Source: Betaproteobacteria bacterium
Lineage (GTDB): Bacteria > Pseudomonadota > Gammaproteobacteria > Burkholderiales > SG8-39
Assembly (NCBI GenBank): GCA_947476535.1
Contig: CANJRC010000002.1
Coordinates: 2,232 to 66,231 of the forward strand
Length of the DNA stretch: 64,000 nt
Reading direction: 5' to 3'
The notes beneath the pieces were generated by a model. It saw nothing but the letters and a program-made list of their open reading frames with translations, did not search any database and had not been told where the DNA came from. The translations under genes were made by a program, and so were the position numbers. Positions 8,890-19,105 of this stretch are shown in pieces. Numbering within the stretch: the first letter of the stretch is position 1; every line of letters begins with the position of its first letter.

Positions 8890-10341
8890 TCAGCCGGCAG
8901 CCTTGCGCCGGCGGCTCTCACCAACCCGGACGATCTTCATGGTGTTGGTGCCCCCCGAGGCCCCAATCGGCTCGCCGATGGTGATGACGATCAGGTCCCC
9001 GTCCTTGACCACGCCGTTCTGCACCAGGACATCTTCGGCTTCCTGGAGGAGTTCCTCGCTGTCGTTGCCGACGTACTTCACCGTGAGCGGGTAGGTGTCG
9101 CGAAACAAGGCCGTGCGATAGCGCGTGGCGGTCTTGGAGGTCAGGGCGTAGATCGGCACCCCGCAGTTCAGGCGCGACATCCACAGGGCCGTCGATCCGG
9201 ACTCGGTGAGCGAGGCGATGGCGTTGACCTTGAGGTGGTAGGCCGTAAACAACGCCGCCATGGCGATGGACTGGTCGACCCGGGTGAAGCGCCGGTTGAG
9301 GAATTCCTGGTCGAGCGCAACGGTCTGGCTCTGCTCGGCCTCCACGCAGATGCGGTCCATGGCCTCGATGACTTCCACCGGATACCGGCCGCTGGCTGTT
9401 TCCGCCGACAGCATCACCGCATCGGTGCCATCCAACACCGCATTGGCGACGTCTGACACTTCGGCGCGCGTGGGTACCGGGCTGTCGATCATCGACTCCA
9501 TCATCTGGGTGGCCGTGATGGTGAGCTTGTTCAGTTCCCGCGCCATGCGGATCATGCGCTTTTGCAGCGCCGGCACCGAGGCGTCGCCGACCTCCACCGC
9601 GAGATCCCCGCGTGCCACCATGATGCCGTCGGACGCCGACATGATGTCCTCCAGCGTTTTCGGCTCCACCGCCTCGGCACGCTCGATCTTCGCAATAAGG
9701 AATGCGTTGCCCTCGGCCGCGCGCATCAATTGCCGCGCCATGTACATGTCGGCGCTGGATTTCGGGAACGACACGGCCAGGTAGTCGGCCTTCATTTTCG
9801 CCGCGGTGCGGATGTCCTCCATGTCCTTGGCGGTCAGCGCCGGCGCGGACAGGCCGCCGCCCTTGCGATTGATGCCCTTGTTGTTGGACAGGGTGCCGCC
9901 GTGGATGACACGGCAGCGCACCACGCTGCCGTGTACGTCGAGCACTTCGAACACGATGCGGCCATCGTCCAGTAGCAGCATATCGCCGGCCCGAACATCG
10001 CGCGGCAGTTCCTTATAATCCAGCCCCACCCCGTCCTGGTCGCCCAGCTCGCGTTCGGCATCCAGGGTAAACAGGTCGCCCCCCGCGAGCGTGATCTTGC
10101 CGTCCTTGAACTTGCCGATGCGGATCTTGGGGCCCTGCAGGTCGGCCATGATCGCTACCGTCCGCCCGGTCTTCTGGCAGATTTCGCGCACCACGTTCGC
10201 GCGCTTGATGTGGTCTTCCGCAGTGCCGTGGGAGAAATTCAGCCGCACCACATCGATGCCGGCCAGAATCATCCGTTCGAGCACGGCCGGGTCCGTGGAT
10301 GCCGGCCCCAGTGTCGCGACGATCTTGGTGCTACGTAGCAT
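8890..10341 (-). CDS. pyk: Pyruvate kinase
   Basis: MLRSTKIVATLGPAS...VRLNFSHG...MVARGDLAVE motifs; 483 aa. Confidence 0.93.
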   Translation of the reverse strand: MLRSTKIVATLGPASTDPAVLERMILAGIDVVRLNFSHGTAEDHIKRANVVREICQKTGRTVAIMADLQGPKIRIGKFKDGKITLAGGDLFTLDAERELGDQDGVGLDYKELPRDVRAGDMLLLDDGRIVFEVLDVHGSVVRCRVIHGGTLSNNKGINRKGGGLSAPALTAKDMEDIRTAAKMKADYLAVSFPKSSADMYMARQLMRAAEGNAFLIAKIERAEAVEPKTLEDIMSASDGIMVARGDLAVEVGDASVPALQKRMIRMARELNKLTITATQMMESMIDSPVPTRAEVSDVANAVLDGTDAVMLSAETASGRYPVEVIEAMDRICVEAEQSQTVALDQEFLNRRFTRVDQSIAMAALFTAYHLKVNAIASLTESGSTALWMSRLNCGVPIYALTSKTATRYRTALFRDTYPLTVKYVGNDSEELLQEAEDVLVQNGVVKDGDLIVITIGEPIGASGGTNTMKIVRVGESRRRKAAG

Positions 10342-10427
10342 GTGTGACCTCTCGATGGAGCAAAGAACGCTCGCCTGGCACGAACGGCGCGATTGCGCCT
10401 ATTGCCGACTCTCTGCCTTCAATGTGA

Positions 10428-11630
10428 CTATGCGGTGACAATACTCGCGCCGCTTGCGCGACACTCGAGCGCCTCAATGGCCGGCAGGGGCTTGCCTTCC
10501 AGGAATTCAAGGAAGGCGCCGCCGCCGGTGGATATGTAGGAAATCCTATCAGTGATGCCGTACTTGGCGATGGCCGCCAAGGTGTCCCCACCGCCCGCGA
10601 TCGAGAATGCTGGTGAATTGGCAATGGCATTGGCCACATCGCGCGTGCCATGGCCGAACTGATCCCATTCAAACACGCCCACCGGGCCATTCCAGACGAT
10701 GGTACCCGCCTTGCCGAGAATACCCGCCAGTGCCGCGGCACTCTGCGGCCCGATGTCCAGGATCATGTCGTCCTCCGCCACATCGCGCACCGACTTGATC
10801 TCCGCCTTCGCGGTGGATGCAAATTCCTTCGACGTCACCACGTCGATCGGCAAGGGGACGTGCCCCCCCTTGGCCATGATGGCTGACATGACCTTGTTCG
10901 CAGCACCCACCAGCGCAGGCTCCGCGAGCGATTTCCCGATGCGCGCTCCACTGGCAAGCAGGAAGGTATTGACGATTCCCCCGCCGACGATCAACTGGTC
11001 GACCTTACTCGCCAGCGATTCGAGAATGGTGAGCTTGGTGGACACCTTGGATCCGGCAACGATGGCCACCATCGGGCGCGCCGGGCTCCTCAGCGCCTTT
11101 CCCAGCGCGTCGATCTCCGCTGCCAGCAACGGCCCTGCGCAGGCAATCGGCGCAAACCGTGCCATGCCCGAAATGGTCGCTTCAGCGCGATGGGCGGCGC
11201 CGAAGGCATCGTTGACGTAAATGTCACAGAGGGCGGCCATCTTCCGAGAGAGCCCTTCGTCGTTCAGCTTCTCGCCAACATTGAAGCGGCAGTTCTCGAG
11301 CATGACGACCTCGCCCGGCGCAACGCTTACGCCTGCGAGCCATTCCTTCCTGAGCGGAACAGGTCGACCGAGCAGATCGGCGAGTCGTTGTGCCATGGGC
11401 GCCAGGGAGTCCTTCGCATCGAACACACCCTCCTTAGGGCGGCCCAGGTGCGATGCGATCATGACTGCAGCGCCCGCCTTCAGCGCGAATTCGATCGCCG
11501 GGATCGTCGCCCTGATGCGCGTGTCGTCGGTGATCTTGCCACTCTCATCCTGGGGAACATTGAAGTCGGCGCGTATGAACACGCGCTTTCCTGCAAGGTT
11601 CTGGTCATACATCCGGAGAACCTTCAACAC
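10428..11630 (-). CDS. pgk: Phosphoglycerate kinase
   Basis: [15 protein letters not shown]...NGPVGVFE...[14 protein letters not shown]. The start is a GTG at 11630; an alternative ATG lies at 11608. Confidence 0.92.
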   Translation of the reverse strand: MLKVLRMYDQNLAGKRVFIRADFNVPQDESGKITDDTRIRATIPAIEFALKAGAAVMIASHLGRPKEGVFDAKDSLAPMAQRLADLLGRPVPLRKEWLAGVSVAPGEVVMLENCRFNVGEKLNDEGLSRKMAALCDIYVNDAFGAAHRAEATISGMARFAPIACAGPLLAAEIDALGKALRSPARPMVAIVAGSKVSTKLTILESLASKVDQLIVGGGIVNTFLLASGARIGKSLAEPALVGAANKVMSAIMAKGGHVPLPIDVVTSKEFASTAKAEIKSVRDVAEDDMILDIGPQSAAALAGILGKAGTIVWNGPVGVFEWDQFGHGTRDVANAIANSPAFSIAGGGDTLAAIAKYGITDRISYISTGGGAFLEFLEGKPLPAIEALECRASGASIVTA

Positions 11631-11718
11631 GCACCCTTGATCATATTCATCGCGCTGACACCCATGTATCGGATACTAGAAATCCGATTTGATAACAATT
11701 GACCGCCGCCACTGCGGG

Positions 11719-12732
11719 CTACTTCGCCGCCATCAGCGCCATGGTGGTATCCAGCATGCGGTTGCTGAAGCCCCACTCGTTGTCGTACCAGGAGGACACC
11801 TTCACCAGCGTGCCGCCAGTCACCTTGGTCAGGGCCGCATCGAGGATGGAGGAGGCCTTGTTGTGATTGAAGTCCACGGAAACCAGGGGCTCGGTGCAGT
11901 AGTCCATCACGCCCTTGAGATCGGTTTCGGAGGCCTGCTTCACCGCCTGGTTGACCTCGTCAACCGTGGTCGCGCGCTTGGCGACGAACGCCAGGTCCAC
12001 GATCGACACGTTGATGGTGGGAACCCGGATCGAGTAACCATCCAGCTTGCCGTCGAGATGGGGCAGCACCAGGCCCACGGCCGCGGCCGCGCCGGTCTTG
12101 GTCGGGATCATCGACATGGTGGCCGAGCGGGCGCGCCGCAGGTCCTCGTGATACACGTCGGTCAGCACCTGGTCGTTGGTGTAGGAATGCACCGTCGTCA
12201 TCAATCCGCACACCACGCCGATGCGGTCGTCGATGGCTTTGACCAGGGGAGCGAGGCAATTGGTGGTGCAGGATGCGTTCGAGATCACGGTGTGCGAACC
12301 TTTGAGCACCGCGTGGTTCACGCCGAACACGACGGTGGCATCGACGTCCTTCCCGCCGGGCGCAGAAATGATCACCTTCTTGGCACCGGCCGTGATATGC
12401 GCGGACGCCTTTTCCTTGGTGGTGAAGAGGCCGGTGCATTCCAGGACCACGTCGATCTTGAGGTCCTTCCATGGCAGCTCGGCCGGATTGCGCTTGGCGC
12501 ACACCTGAATGCGATCGCCGTTGATGACCATGCAATCGCCGTCCACTGCGACCGTGCCGGGGAACTTCCCGTGCGCGGTGTCGTAGCGCGTGAGGTGGGC
12601 GTTGGTCTGCGCATCCCCCAGGTCGTTAATGGCAACGATCTGCAGGTCGTGCTTCTTTCCGTTTTCGTAGAAGGCGCGCAGGATGTTCCTGCCGATACGG
12701 CCGTATCCGTTGATGGCTACTCGAATGGTCAT
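11719..12732 (-). CDS. gap: Glyceraldehyde-3-phosphate dehydrogenase
   Basis: [16 protein letters not shown]...[12 protein letters not shown]...WYDNEWGF. Confidence 0.93.
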   Translation of the reverse strand: MTIRVAINGYGRIGRNILRAFYENGKKHDLQIVAINDLGDAQTNAHLTRYDTAHGKFPGTVAVDGDCMVINGDRIQVCAKRNPAELPWKDLKIDVVLECTGLFTTKEKASAHITAGAKKVIISAPGGKDVDATVVFGVNHAVLKGSHTVISNASCTTNCLAPLVKAIDDRIGVVCGLMTTVHSYTNDQVLTDVYHEDLRRARSATMSMIPTKTGAAAAVGLVLPHLDGKLDGYSIRVPTINVSIVDLAFVAKRATTVDEVNQAVKQASETDLKGVMDYCTEPLVSVDFNHNKASSILDAALTKVTGGTLVKVSSWYDNEWGFSNRMLDTTMALMAAK

Positions 12733-12766
12733 CAGCTCAGTCTCCCTATAAAAACAATACCCGCGA

Positions 12767-14839
12767 TCAAATCAGGCCCTTGACCACGCGAACGATATTC
12801 TCGACGGTAAAGCCGAAATACTTGAAAAGCTCGCCTGCAGGCGCGGATTCACCGTAGCGATCCAGACCGACCACGGCCCCGCCCAGTCCGACATACTTGC
12901 GCCATAGGTCTGTGACGCCCGCCTCGATGGCGATGCGCGGAACGCGCGCCTTGCCGTGATCTCCGAGCAACACCTCGTCACGATAGGCTGCGCTCTGCCG
13001 ATCGAATACCGAGGTGGAGGGCATGCTGACCACCCGCACCGCAATGCCCTCGCCGGCAAGTGCGGCTTGCGCCGCCATGGCCAGCTGCAACTCCGAGCCT
13101 GTCCCGATGAGTACCGCGCGTGCCGATGGCGCGTCCGAGAGCACGTAGCCGCCGCGCCGGATTGCATCTGCACCATCCGGGCCGGCCCCTGCGCTGTGCT
13201 TCTGCTCCTGCAGATTCTGGCGCGACAACAGCAGCGCGTTGGGACCGTCGCGTCGCTCGATCGACGCCATCCAGGCCACGGCAGTTTCAAAGGCATCGGC
13301 CGGCCGCCAGACATCCAGGTTCGGCATCAGCCGCAGGCTTGCCGCGTGCTCCACGGACTGGTGCGTCGGACCGTCTTCGCCCAGCCCGATGGAGTCGTGC
13401 GTATACACGTAGATGCTCGGGATGCGCATCAGCGCCGCCATGCGGATGGCGTTGCGTGCATAGTCCGAGAACGTGAGGAAGGTGCCACCATAGGGCAGGA
13501 AACCGCCGTGCAACGCGAGTCCATTCATGATGGCGGTCATGCCGAATTCGCGCACGCCGTAGAAAATGTAATTGCCGTTGCCGTCGCCCTTGATCGGCTT
13601 CGATCCGGACCACATCGTGAGGTTGGAGCCGGCCAGGTCGGCCGAACCGCCGATGAGTTCCGGGAGAATCGGGGCCAGCGCCTCGATGGCGTTTTGCGAT
13701 GCCTTCCTCGACGCGATGCTCTCTGAGCTCGCGCGCAGCTTGTCGAGCAGTCCCTCGCATTGCTTGGCGTAGGTCTCGGGCAAGCTTCCCGAGATCCGTC
13801 GCTGGAACTCCTGCGCCAGCTCGGGAAATTGCGCCTTGTAGCCGGCGAACAGCTTTTGCCACTCGTTCTCTCGCCGCGCGCCTTTTCGCTTTGCGCTCCA
13901 GCCGTCATAGACCTCCGCGGGAATGACGAACGGCGGATGCGGCCAGCCGATCGCCGCGCGCGTCGCCGCGATTTCCTTGTCGCCCAGCGCCGCCCCATGC
14001 ACCGCGCCGGTATTCGCCTTGGTCGGCGCGCCCTTGCCGATGATGGTCTTGCAGCAGATCAGCGTGGGGCGGTCGGTCGACTTCCTCGCCTTGGCGATGG
14101 CGCGCGTCACCGCGGCGACATCATGCCCGTCGACATCCGGAATGACCTTCCATCCATAAGCCGCGAAACGCTTCGGCACGTCATCGGTATACCAATTGCG
14201 GATCGAGCCCTTCTCGGAGTCGATGGAGATCCCGTTGTCGTCGTAGAGCACGATCAGTTTCGACAGACCCAGGGTGCCGGCGAGCGAGCACACCTCGTGG
14301 GAGATGCCTTCCATCATGCAGCCGTCCCCCATGAACGCATAGGTGTGGTGGTCGACGATGTCGAATCCGGGACGATTGAACTGGGCGACCAGCGCCCGCT
14401 CGGCGATCGCCATCCCCACCGCGTTGGCAATGCCCTGTCCAAGGGGCCCCGTGGTGGTCTCGACGCCCGGCGCCATGCCGTATTCGGGGTGTCCGGGCGT
14501 CTTCGAATGCAGCTGGCGAAAGCGCTTGAGTTCGTCGATCGAAAGATCGTAGCCAGTCAGGTGCAACAACGAATAGAGCAGCATCGAACCATGGCCGTTC
14601 GACAGGACGAAACGGTCCCGATTCGACCAGCGCGGATTGGCCGGGTTGTGGCGCAGGTGTCGCGTCCACAACGCCACCGCGATATCCGCCATGCCCATCG
14701 GCATGCCCGGGTGGCCGGAATTGGCCGCCTGCACAGCATCCATCGACAGCGCGCGAATCGCGCCCGCAAGGTCAGGTGCCGCTGCCGCAGATGGGTTCAC
14801 TGAATGCGCTGCGAGGTCCTTCGATTTTTGGTTGTTCAT
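12767..14839 (-). CDS. tkt: Transketolase
   Basis: [14 protein letters not shown]...[12 protein letters not shown]...[11 protein letters not shown] motifs; 690 aa. Confidence 0.93.
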   Translation of the reverse strand: MNNQKSKDLAAHSVNPSAAAAPDLAGAIRALSMDAVQAANSGHPGMPMGMADIAVALWTRHLRHNPANPRWSNRDRFVLSNGHGSMLLYSLLHLTGYDLSIDELKRFRQLHSKTPGHPEYGMAPGVETTTGPLGQGIANAVGMAIAERALVAQFNRPGFDIVDHHTYAFMGDGCMMEGISHEVCSLAGTLGLSKLIVLYDDNGISIDSEKGSIRNWYTDDVPKRFAAYGWKVIPDVDGHDVAAVTRAIAKARKSTDRPTLICCKTIIGKGAPTKANTGAVHGAALGDKEIAATRAAIGWPHPPFVIPAEVYDGWSAKRKGARRENEWQKLFAGYKAQFPELAQEFQRRISGSLPETYAKQCEGLLDKLRASSESIASRKASQNAIEALAPILPELIGGSADLAGSNLTMWSGSKPIKGDGNGNYIFYGVREFGMTAIMNGLALHGGFLPYGGTFLTFSDYARNAIRMAALMRIPSIYVYTHDSIGLGEDGPTHQSVEHAASLRLMPNLDVWRPADAFETAVAWMASIERRDGPNALLLSRQNLQEQKHSAGAGPDGADAIRRGGYVLSDAPSARAVLIGTGSELQLAMAAQAALAGEGIAVRVVSMPSTSVFDRQSAAYRDEVLLGDHGKARVPRIAIEAGVTDLWRKYVGLGGAVVGLDRYGESAPAGELFKYFGFTVENIVRVVKGLI

Positions 14840-15020
14840 GAACCGGTCAGTTGCCTAATGAGGCCCGGTGAGGCCTGTTGAGAAATGCCGTTGAGCAGGG
14901 CGGGGAAGTTGTAATTATCGGGCATTCTTGTACTCTTGGCGAGGAGGCTCTGCCGCCCAGCTGGGTATTTTCCGGGCCCGCCAAGGGAAATGTTCACGAC
15001 TCCTCGCATGAGGAGGACCA

Positions 15021-15932
15021 ATGCCGACAGAGGGACACATGGGAAAGCCGCGCGTTGCATTTCTTGGCCTGGGAGTCATGGGATTTCCCATGGCGGGGCA
15101 TCTTGTTTCCAAGGGAGGCTATTCCACCACGGTCTACAACCGCACCCGCTCAAAGGCCGAGGCTTGGATCGGGCAGCACGGTGCATCGGGCGCGCAGGTG
15201 CAATGGGCGAGTTCACCCGCTGAAGCCGTTTCGGGTGCCGATTATGTTTTTTCATGCGTGGGAGATGACCCGGATCTACGACAGATTGCGCTCGGCGCCA
15301 ATGGCGCCTTCCCCGCGATGAAGAAGGGCGCCGTGTTCGTCGATCACACGACAACCTCCGCGAACATTGCGCGCGAGCTGGCGAAGACTGCGCACACGAT
15401 GGGGTTTGAATTCCTCGACGCCCCGGTATCGGGCGGCCAGGCGGGTGCGGTTAACGGCGCACTGACCGTCATGGTGGGGGGCGACGCCATCGTATTCGAA
15501 CAGGCCAAGCCCCTCATTTCGCACTTCGCCAAGGCGGTCACGCACATGGGGCCCTCGGGAGCCGGCCAGCTCACCAAGATGGTGAACCAGATCTGCATTG
15601 CCGGCCTCGTGGAAGCCCTGTCCGAGGGAATCCATTTCGGACAGGCCGCGGGTCTCGACGTCGAGCGCGTCATCGACGTCATCGCCAAGGGAGCGGCGCA
15701 GTCCTGGCAGATGGAAAATCGTGGGAAGACAATGGTCGCCGACCAGTTCGGTTTCGGATTCGCGGTCGACTGGATGCGCAAGGATTTGCGGATTTGCCAG
15801 GAAGAGGCGGCGCGAAACAATGCCGACATTCCCGTCACCCGCATTGTCGCCGGTTACTATGACGAAATTTCCAGGCACGGTGGCGGCCGGTGGGACACAT
15901 CGAGTCTGATTCGCCGCCTGAGAGGCTTTTGA
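15021..15932 (+). CDS. NAD(P)-dependent beta-hydroxyacid dehydrogenase family oxidoreductase (3-hydroxyisobutyrate/2-hydroxy-3-oxopropionate reductase-like)
   Basis: VAFLGLGVMGFPMAGHL dinucleotide fold, DAPVSGG, and GAGQLTKMVNQ. GAGGAGG lies 4 nt upstream of the ATG. Confidence 0.8.
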   Translation: MPTEGHMGKPRVAFLGLGVMGFPMAGHLVSKGGYSTTVYNRTRSKAEAWIGQHGASGAQVQWASSPAEAVSGADYVFSCVGDDPDLRQIALGANGAFPAMKKGAVFVDHTTTSANIARELAKTAHTMGFEFLDAPVSGGQAGAVNGALTVMVGGDAIVFEQAKPLISHFAKAVTHMGPSGAGQLTKMVNQICIAGLVEALSEGIHFGQAAGLDVERVIDVIAKGAAQSWQMENRGKTMVADQFGFGFAVDWMRKDLRICQEEAARNNADIPVTRIVAGYYDEISRHGGGRWDTSSLIRRLRGF

Positions 15933-15944
15933 GGGGAGCACGGT

Positions 15945-16808
15945 ATGGACGTTGTATTCGGATGGCCTCAGGACTACCAATCACTGCATGCCGAGCCTGA
16001 GTCTGGCGAGAGCCGTGCACTATGCTTTGTGTTTCGTGCCGGACACCTGCTGGTTTCCCAGGGGCCCAATGGCGATATGTTGCTGCCGGAGATGCCAGAC
16101 CCGTCCGCCCTCGGTTTGGATGCGGTCCGCAGCCATTACCTCGGCACGCTGGGCGACCTGCACACCTATGTCGCCGAAGTGGAACCGCAGGCGGAAGCCT
16201 CGGCCCCCGGGTGGGAGTGGCATCACATGCGGCGCCTGCATGGCGCCATCGACCCGGACCTGTACGCATTGGCGGGGCGCGCCCTCCAGCTCATCGAGTG
16301 GGAGCGTACCCACCGGTTCTGCGGCGTGTGCGGAACCGAAACGGTTCGCAAGGCCACCGAGCGGGCGCGCGAGTGCCCGGGCTGCAAGATGGTGTATTAC
16401 CCGAAAGTCACGCCCGTCATCATGGCGCTGGTGAAGCGCGGTCGGCAGATCCTGCTTGCGAGGGGCCCGCATTTCGCGCCGGGGGTGGTGAGTGTGCTGG
16501 CCGGTTTCGTCGAGCCCGGGGAGACGCTGGAGCAATGCGTCAAACGCGAGGTCTTCGAGGAAGTGGGCCTGCGGGCGCGCAACGTGCGCTATGTCGCCAG
16601 CCAGCCATGGCCTTTTCCCCATTCACTGATGATCGGATTCTTTGCCGATGCCGACGAGGGCGACATCCGAATCGATCCGGTCGAAATCGCCGAAGCCAAT
16701 TGGTATGACATCACCGATTTGCCCAAGCTGCCGGCGAAACTGTCGCTTGCCCGCGTGCTGATCGAGGCAGCCATCCGCGAAGACCGGACTGGCTCGGTGC
16801 GTGAATAG
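15945..16808 (+). CDS. nudC: NAD(+) diphosphatase / NADH pyrophosphatase (Nudix with zinc ribbon)
   Basis: Zinc ribbon FCGVCGTETVRKATERARECPGCKMVYYP, Nudix box GFVEPGETLEQCVKREVFEEVG, and SQPWPFP. Confidence 0.85.
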   Translation: MDVVFGWPQDYQSLHAEPESGESRALCFVFRAGHLLVSQGPNGDMLLPEMPDPSALGLDAVRSHYLGTLGDLHTYVAEVEPQAEASAPGWEWHHMRRLHGAIDPDLYALAGRALQLIEWERTHRFCGVCGTETVRKATERARECPGCKMVYYPKVTPVIMALVKRGRQILLARGPHFAPGVVSVLAGFVEPGETLEQCVKREVFEEVGLRARNVRYVASQPWPFPHSLMIGFFADADEGDIRIDPVEIAEANWYDITDLPKLPAKLSLARVLIEAAIREDRTGSVRE

Positions 16809-16813
16809 AGGGG

Positions 16814-16842
16814 CTTGAGGGGTGATCCCCTCAAGCGTTTTT
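16814..16842 (+). terminator. Rho-independent terminator of nudC
   Basis: CTTGAGGGG-TGAT-CCCCTCAAG (9-bp stem) followed by CGTTTTT. The hairpin also resembles the core of the repeat family listed below. Confidence 0.75.
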
Positions 16843-16922
16843 AGAGTCTGTTGCAATATGAGAGGATACTCCCCTCATGCTCCCCTACTCCGGGGGTTGC
16901 AAAATTTCATTTTGCAACCGGT
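16843..16922 (+). repeat. Intergenic palindromic repeat, copy A (complete)
   Basis: GAGTCTGTTGCAATATGAGAGGATACTCCCCTCATGCTCCCCTACTCCGGGGGTTGCAAAATTTCATTTTGCAACC. Arms GTTGCAATAT (16850-16859) and ATTTTGCAAC (16909-16918) are inverted repeats. An inner perfect 11-bp palindrome spans 16895-16919. Confidence 0.7.
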
Positions 16923-16934
16923 TCTTAAGTAACC

Positions 16935-17783
16935 CTAGAGCTTGCAGGCCACCACGCGCTGGCGCTGCTCTCCCAAGCCCTGAATGCCCAGGGTAATCAC
17001 GTCGCCGGGTTTCAGGAAGATGGGCGTTGGCTTGCGGTACATGCCGACACCGGCCGGCGTGCCCGTGGTGATGATGTCCCCCGGCAACAAGGTCATGTAA
17101 TGACTGACATGGGACACGAGATGCGCCGCGGAGAACACCATGTCGCGGGTGTTGCCCTCTTGCATCCGATCCATGTTGACATCAAGCCACATGCCTAGGT
17201 TTTGCGGGTCCGTAATCTCGTCCGTGGTCACCAGCCACGGCCCGATGGGCCCCGCCGTATCGAAGCCTTTGCCCTTGTCGAACTGGGTAGTCGCCGTCTG
17301 GAATTTGCGCTCCGACAGGTCGTTGACGATGGTAAACCCAGCCACGTAGTCGAGGGCTTTTTCCTCCGAGACATATTGTGCCTTGGTCCCGATGACCACC
17401 GCGAGTTCAACCTCCCAGTCCAGCATCGTGGAACCCTTGGGTTGAATCACGTCGTCATTGGGCCCGTTGATGCAGGTCGTGGCCTTCATGAAAACCATTG
17501 GCTCGGTAGGTGGTGCGCGACCGCCCTCGGCCGCGTGGTCGCGATAATTGAGGCCAATGGCGACAAATTTCGAAATACCCGTATAAGGAACACCAAAGCG
17601 CGGCGTACCGCGAACCAACGGCAGGGATTCGGCGCGAATCCTGCGAAGCTTGGCCAGCCCCTTGGGAGAAATCGTCTCCTGATCGATATGACTGATGACC
17701 CCGGACAAATCGCGCAACTGCCCCTGCGCATCGATCATTCCCGGCTTCTCGTACCCGTCCCTGCCCCAACGACAAAGCTTCAT
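16935..17783 (-). CDS. Fumarylacetoacetate hydrolase (FAH) family protein
   Basis: KFVAIGLNYRDHA...LDWEVELAVVIG...GDIITTGTPAGVG. The start was trimmed to the ATG at 17783 (MKLCRWG...). Confidence 0.85.
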   Translation of the reverse strand: MKLCRWGRDGYEKPGMIDAQGQLRDLSGVISHIDQETISPKGLAKLRRIRAESLPLVRGTPRFGVPYTGISKFVAIGLNYRDHAAEGGRAPPTEPMVFMKATTCINGPNDDVIQPKGSTMLDWEVELAVVIGTKAQYVSEEKALDYVAGFTIVNDLSERKFQTATTQFDKGKGFDTAGPIGPWLVTTDEITDPQNLGMWLDVNMDRMQEGNTRDMVFSAAHLVSHVSHYMTLLPGDIITTGTPAGVGMYRKPTPIFLKPGDVITLGIQGLGEQRQRVVACKL

Positions 17784-18071
17784 GTCAGCTCCACTGGCTG
17801 TTGATGACGCAACACAAGGCGGTTGAACGCGGCTGGCACGCACCGAATCCCCCCCGACCCCTCCAATAAACTGCTTCCCGGGGGCGCCTCCCCAACGATG
17901 CATCCGGCAGCAAACCTCGAATTTTCCGGCGACTTCGCCACGAAGTTACGGCCAGTGCGGAAAAATTATATCAGCCTTCGCCTTCCACCCATAGAAAAAT
18001 TACGCTATCTATCTAATTTAATGAATGTTTTCTATGAATTTCCACAATCCCCGAATTGGCACCTGCCGAAG

Positions 18072-18554
18072 TCAGCGCTTACGGCGCTTGGTTCGCGTGG
18101 GCACAAGAACCGTGCCGCGACATCGTTTCGACCCGCACCAGCATGGCCAGCGCGCCTTGAGGGCTTTTGTCATCGGTTCCCCGGCCTCGATGGCGTAGTC
18201 ATAGGTCAATTCCTCGCCAGGCCGAATATCGCGAACGGCGCGGATGTAAATGCGTTTGTTTTCTTCGAATGTGTCGCAGTTGGGTTGGCAGGCGTGGTTG
18301 ATCCAGCGCGCCGAGTTGCCCATCGCCCCGCCGTCGATATTGTGGTCGTTTTCAACACCGAATATAAAGGTGTGATTGAGCCCGCTCATATCCTCGGGAT
18401 AACGCCGTTCACACTCGCGCTCGGAAATGATTTCGCCCTTGTACTCGACGACGACATCATCCTCTCGAATGATCCTGCGGGCGAATACGCCGCGTCCGTG
18501 TATCCCGGATTTGCGCACGACGAAACGGGCACCTCGACGTTTTGGCTTAGGCAT
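18072..18554 (-). CDS. SET domain protein-lysine methyltransferase with post-SET Cys cluster
   Basis: GIHGRGVFA...NHACQPNC...GEELTYDY, then CWCGSKRC (CxCx4C post-SET), and a basic tail TRTKRRKR. The start was trimmed to the ATG at 18554 (MPKPKRRGARFVV). Confidence 0.85.
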   Translation of the reverse strand: MPKPKRRGARFVVRKSGIHGRGVFARRIIREDDVVVEYKGEIISERECERRYPEDMSGLNHTFIFGVENDHNIDGGAMGNSARWINHACQPNCDTFEENKRIYIRAVRDIRPGEELTYDYAIEAGEPMTKALKARWPCWCGSKRCRGTVLVPTRTKRRKR

Positions 18555-18645
18555 GTTTCTCACCCGAAAAAACCATGCATTCTGGTGCCTCGGCCTTGAA
18601 ATAACAAGCTTGCAAACCAATCGCAGACTGTTCTAAATTATCGAC

Positions 18646-19029
18646 ATGCGAAGACTTGCACTCATCCTTGCGCTGGCATCGATTGCGCTCACGTTGACCG
18701 CAACAGCCTCGATGTCGGCCTCCGCCAAGAAGGACAAGGTCAACAGGAAAACCGTGTACGGCGCGATTGCCTGGCACCGCGAAACATCGAGCATCGGTTA
18801 CAGCTACGACCTGCCGACCGCCCGTCAGGCCAACGTCAATGCCCTGGAAAATTGCGGGCATGCCCGCTGCGAAATTGTCATCAGCATCACAAACGGCTGC
18901 GCCGCGCTCGCCAGTGGTCGCAATAGCCATGCCGCAAAAAAGGGCAACACGCGCAACGAGGCTGAAACACTTGCACTGAAGGCCTGCGGGAAGGACTGCC
19001 AACCAATCGCGTGGGCCTGCACGCGCTAG
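18646..19029 (+). CDS. Secreted DUF4189 domain protein
   Basis: Signal peptide MRRLALILALASIALTLTATA, then YGAIAW...GYSYD...ALENCG..RCEIV...NGCAALA...ALKACGKDCQPIAWAC, the paired-Cys pattern I associate with DUF4189. Confidence 0.7.
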   Translation: MRRLALILALASIALTLTATASMSASAKKDKVNRKTVYGAIAWHRETSSIGYSYDLPTARQANVNALENCGHARCEIVISITNGCAALASGRNSHAAKKGNTRNEAETLALKACGKDCQPIAWACTR

Positions 19030-19062
19030 CGCGCAGGGACCGGGGTTGCGCAGGCGCCAATG

Positions 19063-19086
19063 GGGCGAGGCTCTTCGGCCTCACCC
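19063..19086. terminator. Hairpin between convergent DUF4189 gene and typA
   Basis: GGGCGAGGC-TCTTCG-GCCTCACCC (9 bp including one G.U pair). There is no clear U-tract. Confidence 0.35.
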
Positions 19087-19105
19087 ACCGCATTACCGAA
19101 GCCGC

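Noticed and set aside
8778-8924. N-terminal extensions of track ORFs: fba to 8924, aceE to 31268, aceF to 28429, FAH to 17903, SET to 18620, typA to 21076, slmA to 48469, SBP to 58507, OMP to 59876, rlmI to 63504, hslU to 56000.
   Set aside because: The extensions lack family counterparts and often overlap the neighbouring gene or promoter. An internal ATG, GTG or TTG with a Shine-Dalgarno sequence gives the family-typical N-terminus.
10342-10370. CCTCTCGATGGAGCAAAG resembling the CCCCTCGATGGTCAAATG end of repeat copy C.
   Set aside because: It coincides with the pyk ribosome-binding region (GAGAGG on the coding strand) and has no other part of the repeat.
11660-11690. Hairpin ATCGGAT-ACTAGAA-ATCCGAT between gap and pgk, and similar 7-bp inverted repeats at 2021-2048, 41020-41050 and 47725-47750.
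   Set aside because: The stems are short with no U-tracts and lie within expected chance frequency. They may be mRNA processing or stability elements, but this cannot be shown from sequence alone.
18053-18070. TTGGCACCTGCCGAAGTC resembling a sigma-54 -24 element.
   Set aside because: There is no GC at the -12 position, and it lies at the 3' end of the SET gene with no downstream gene to serve.
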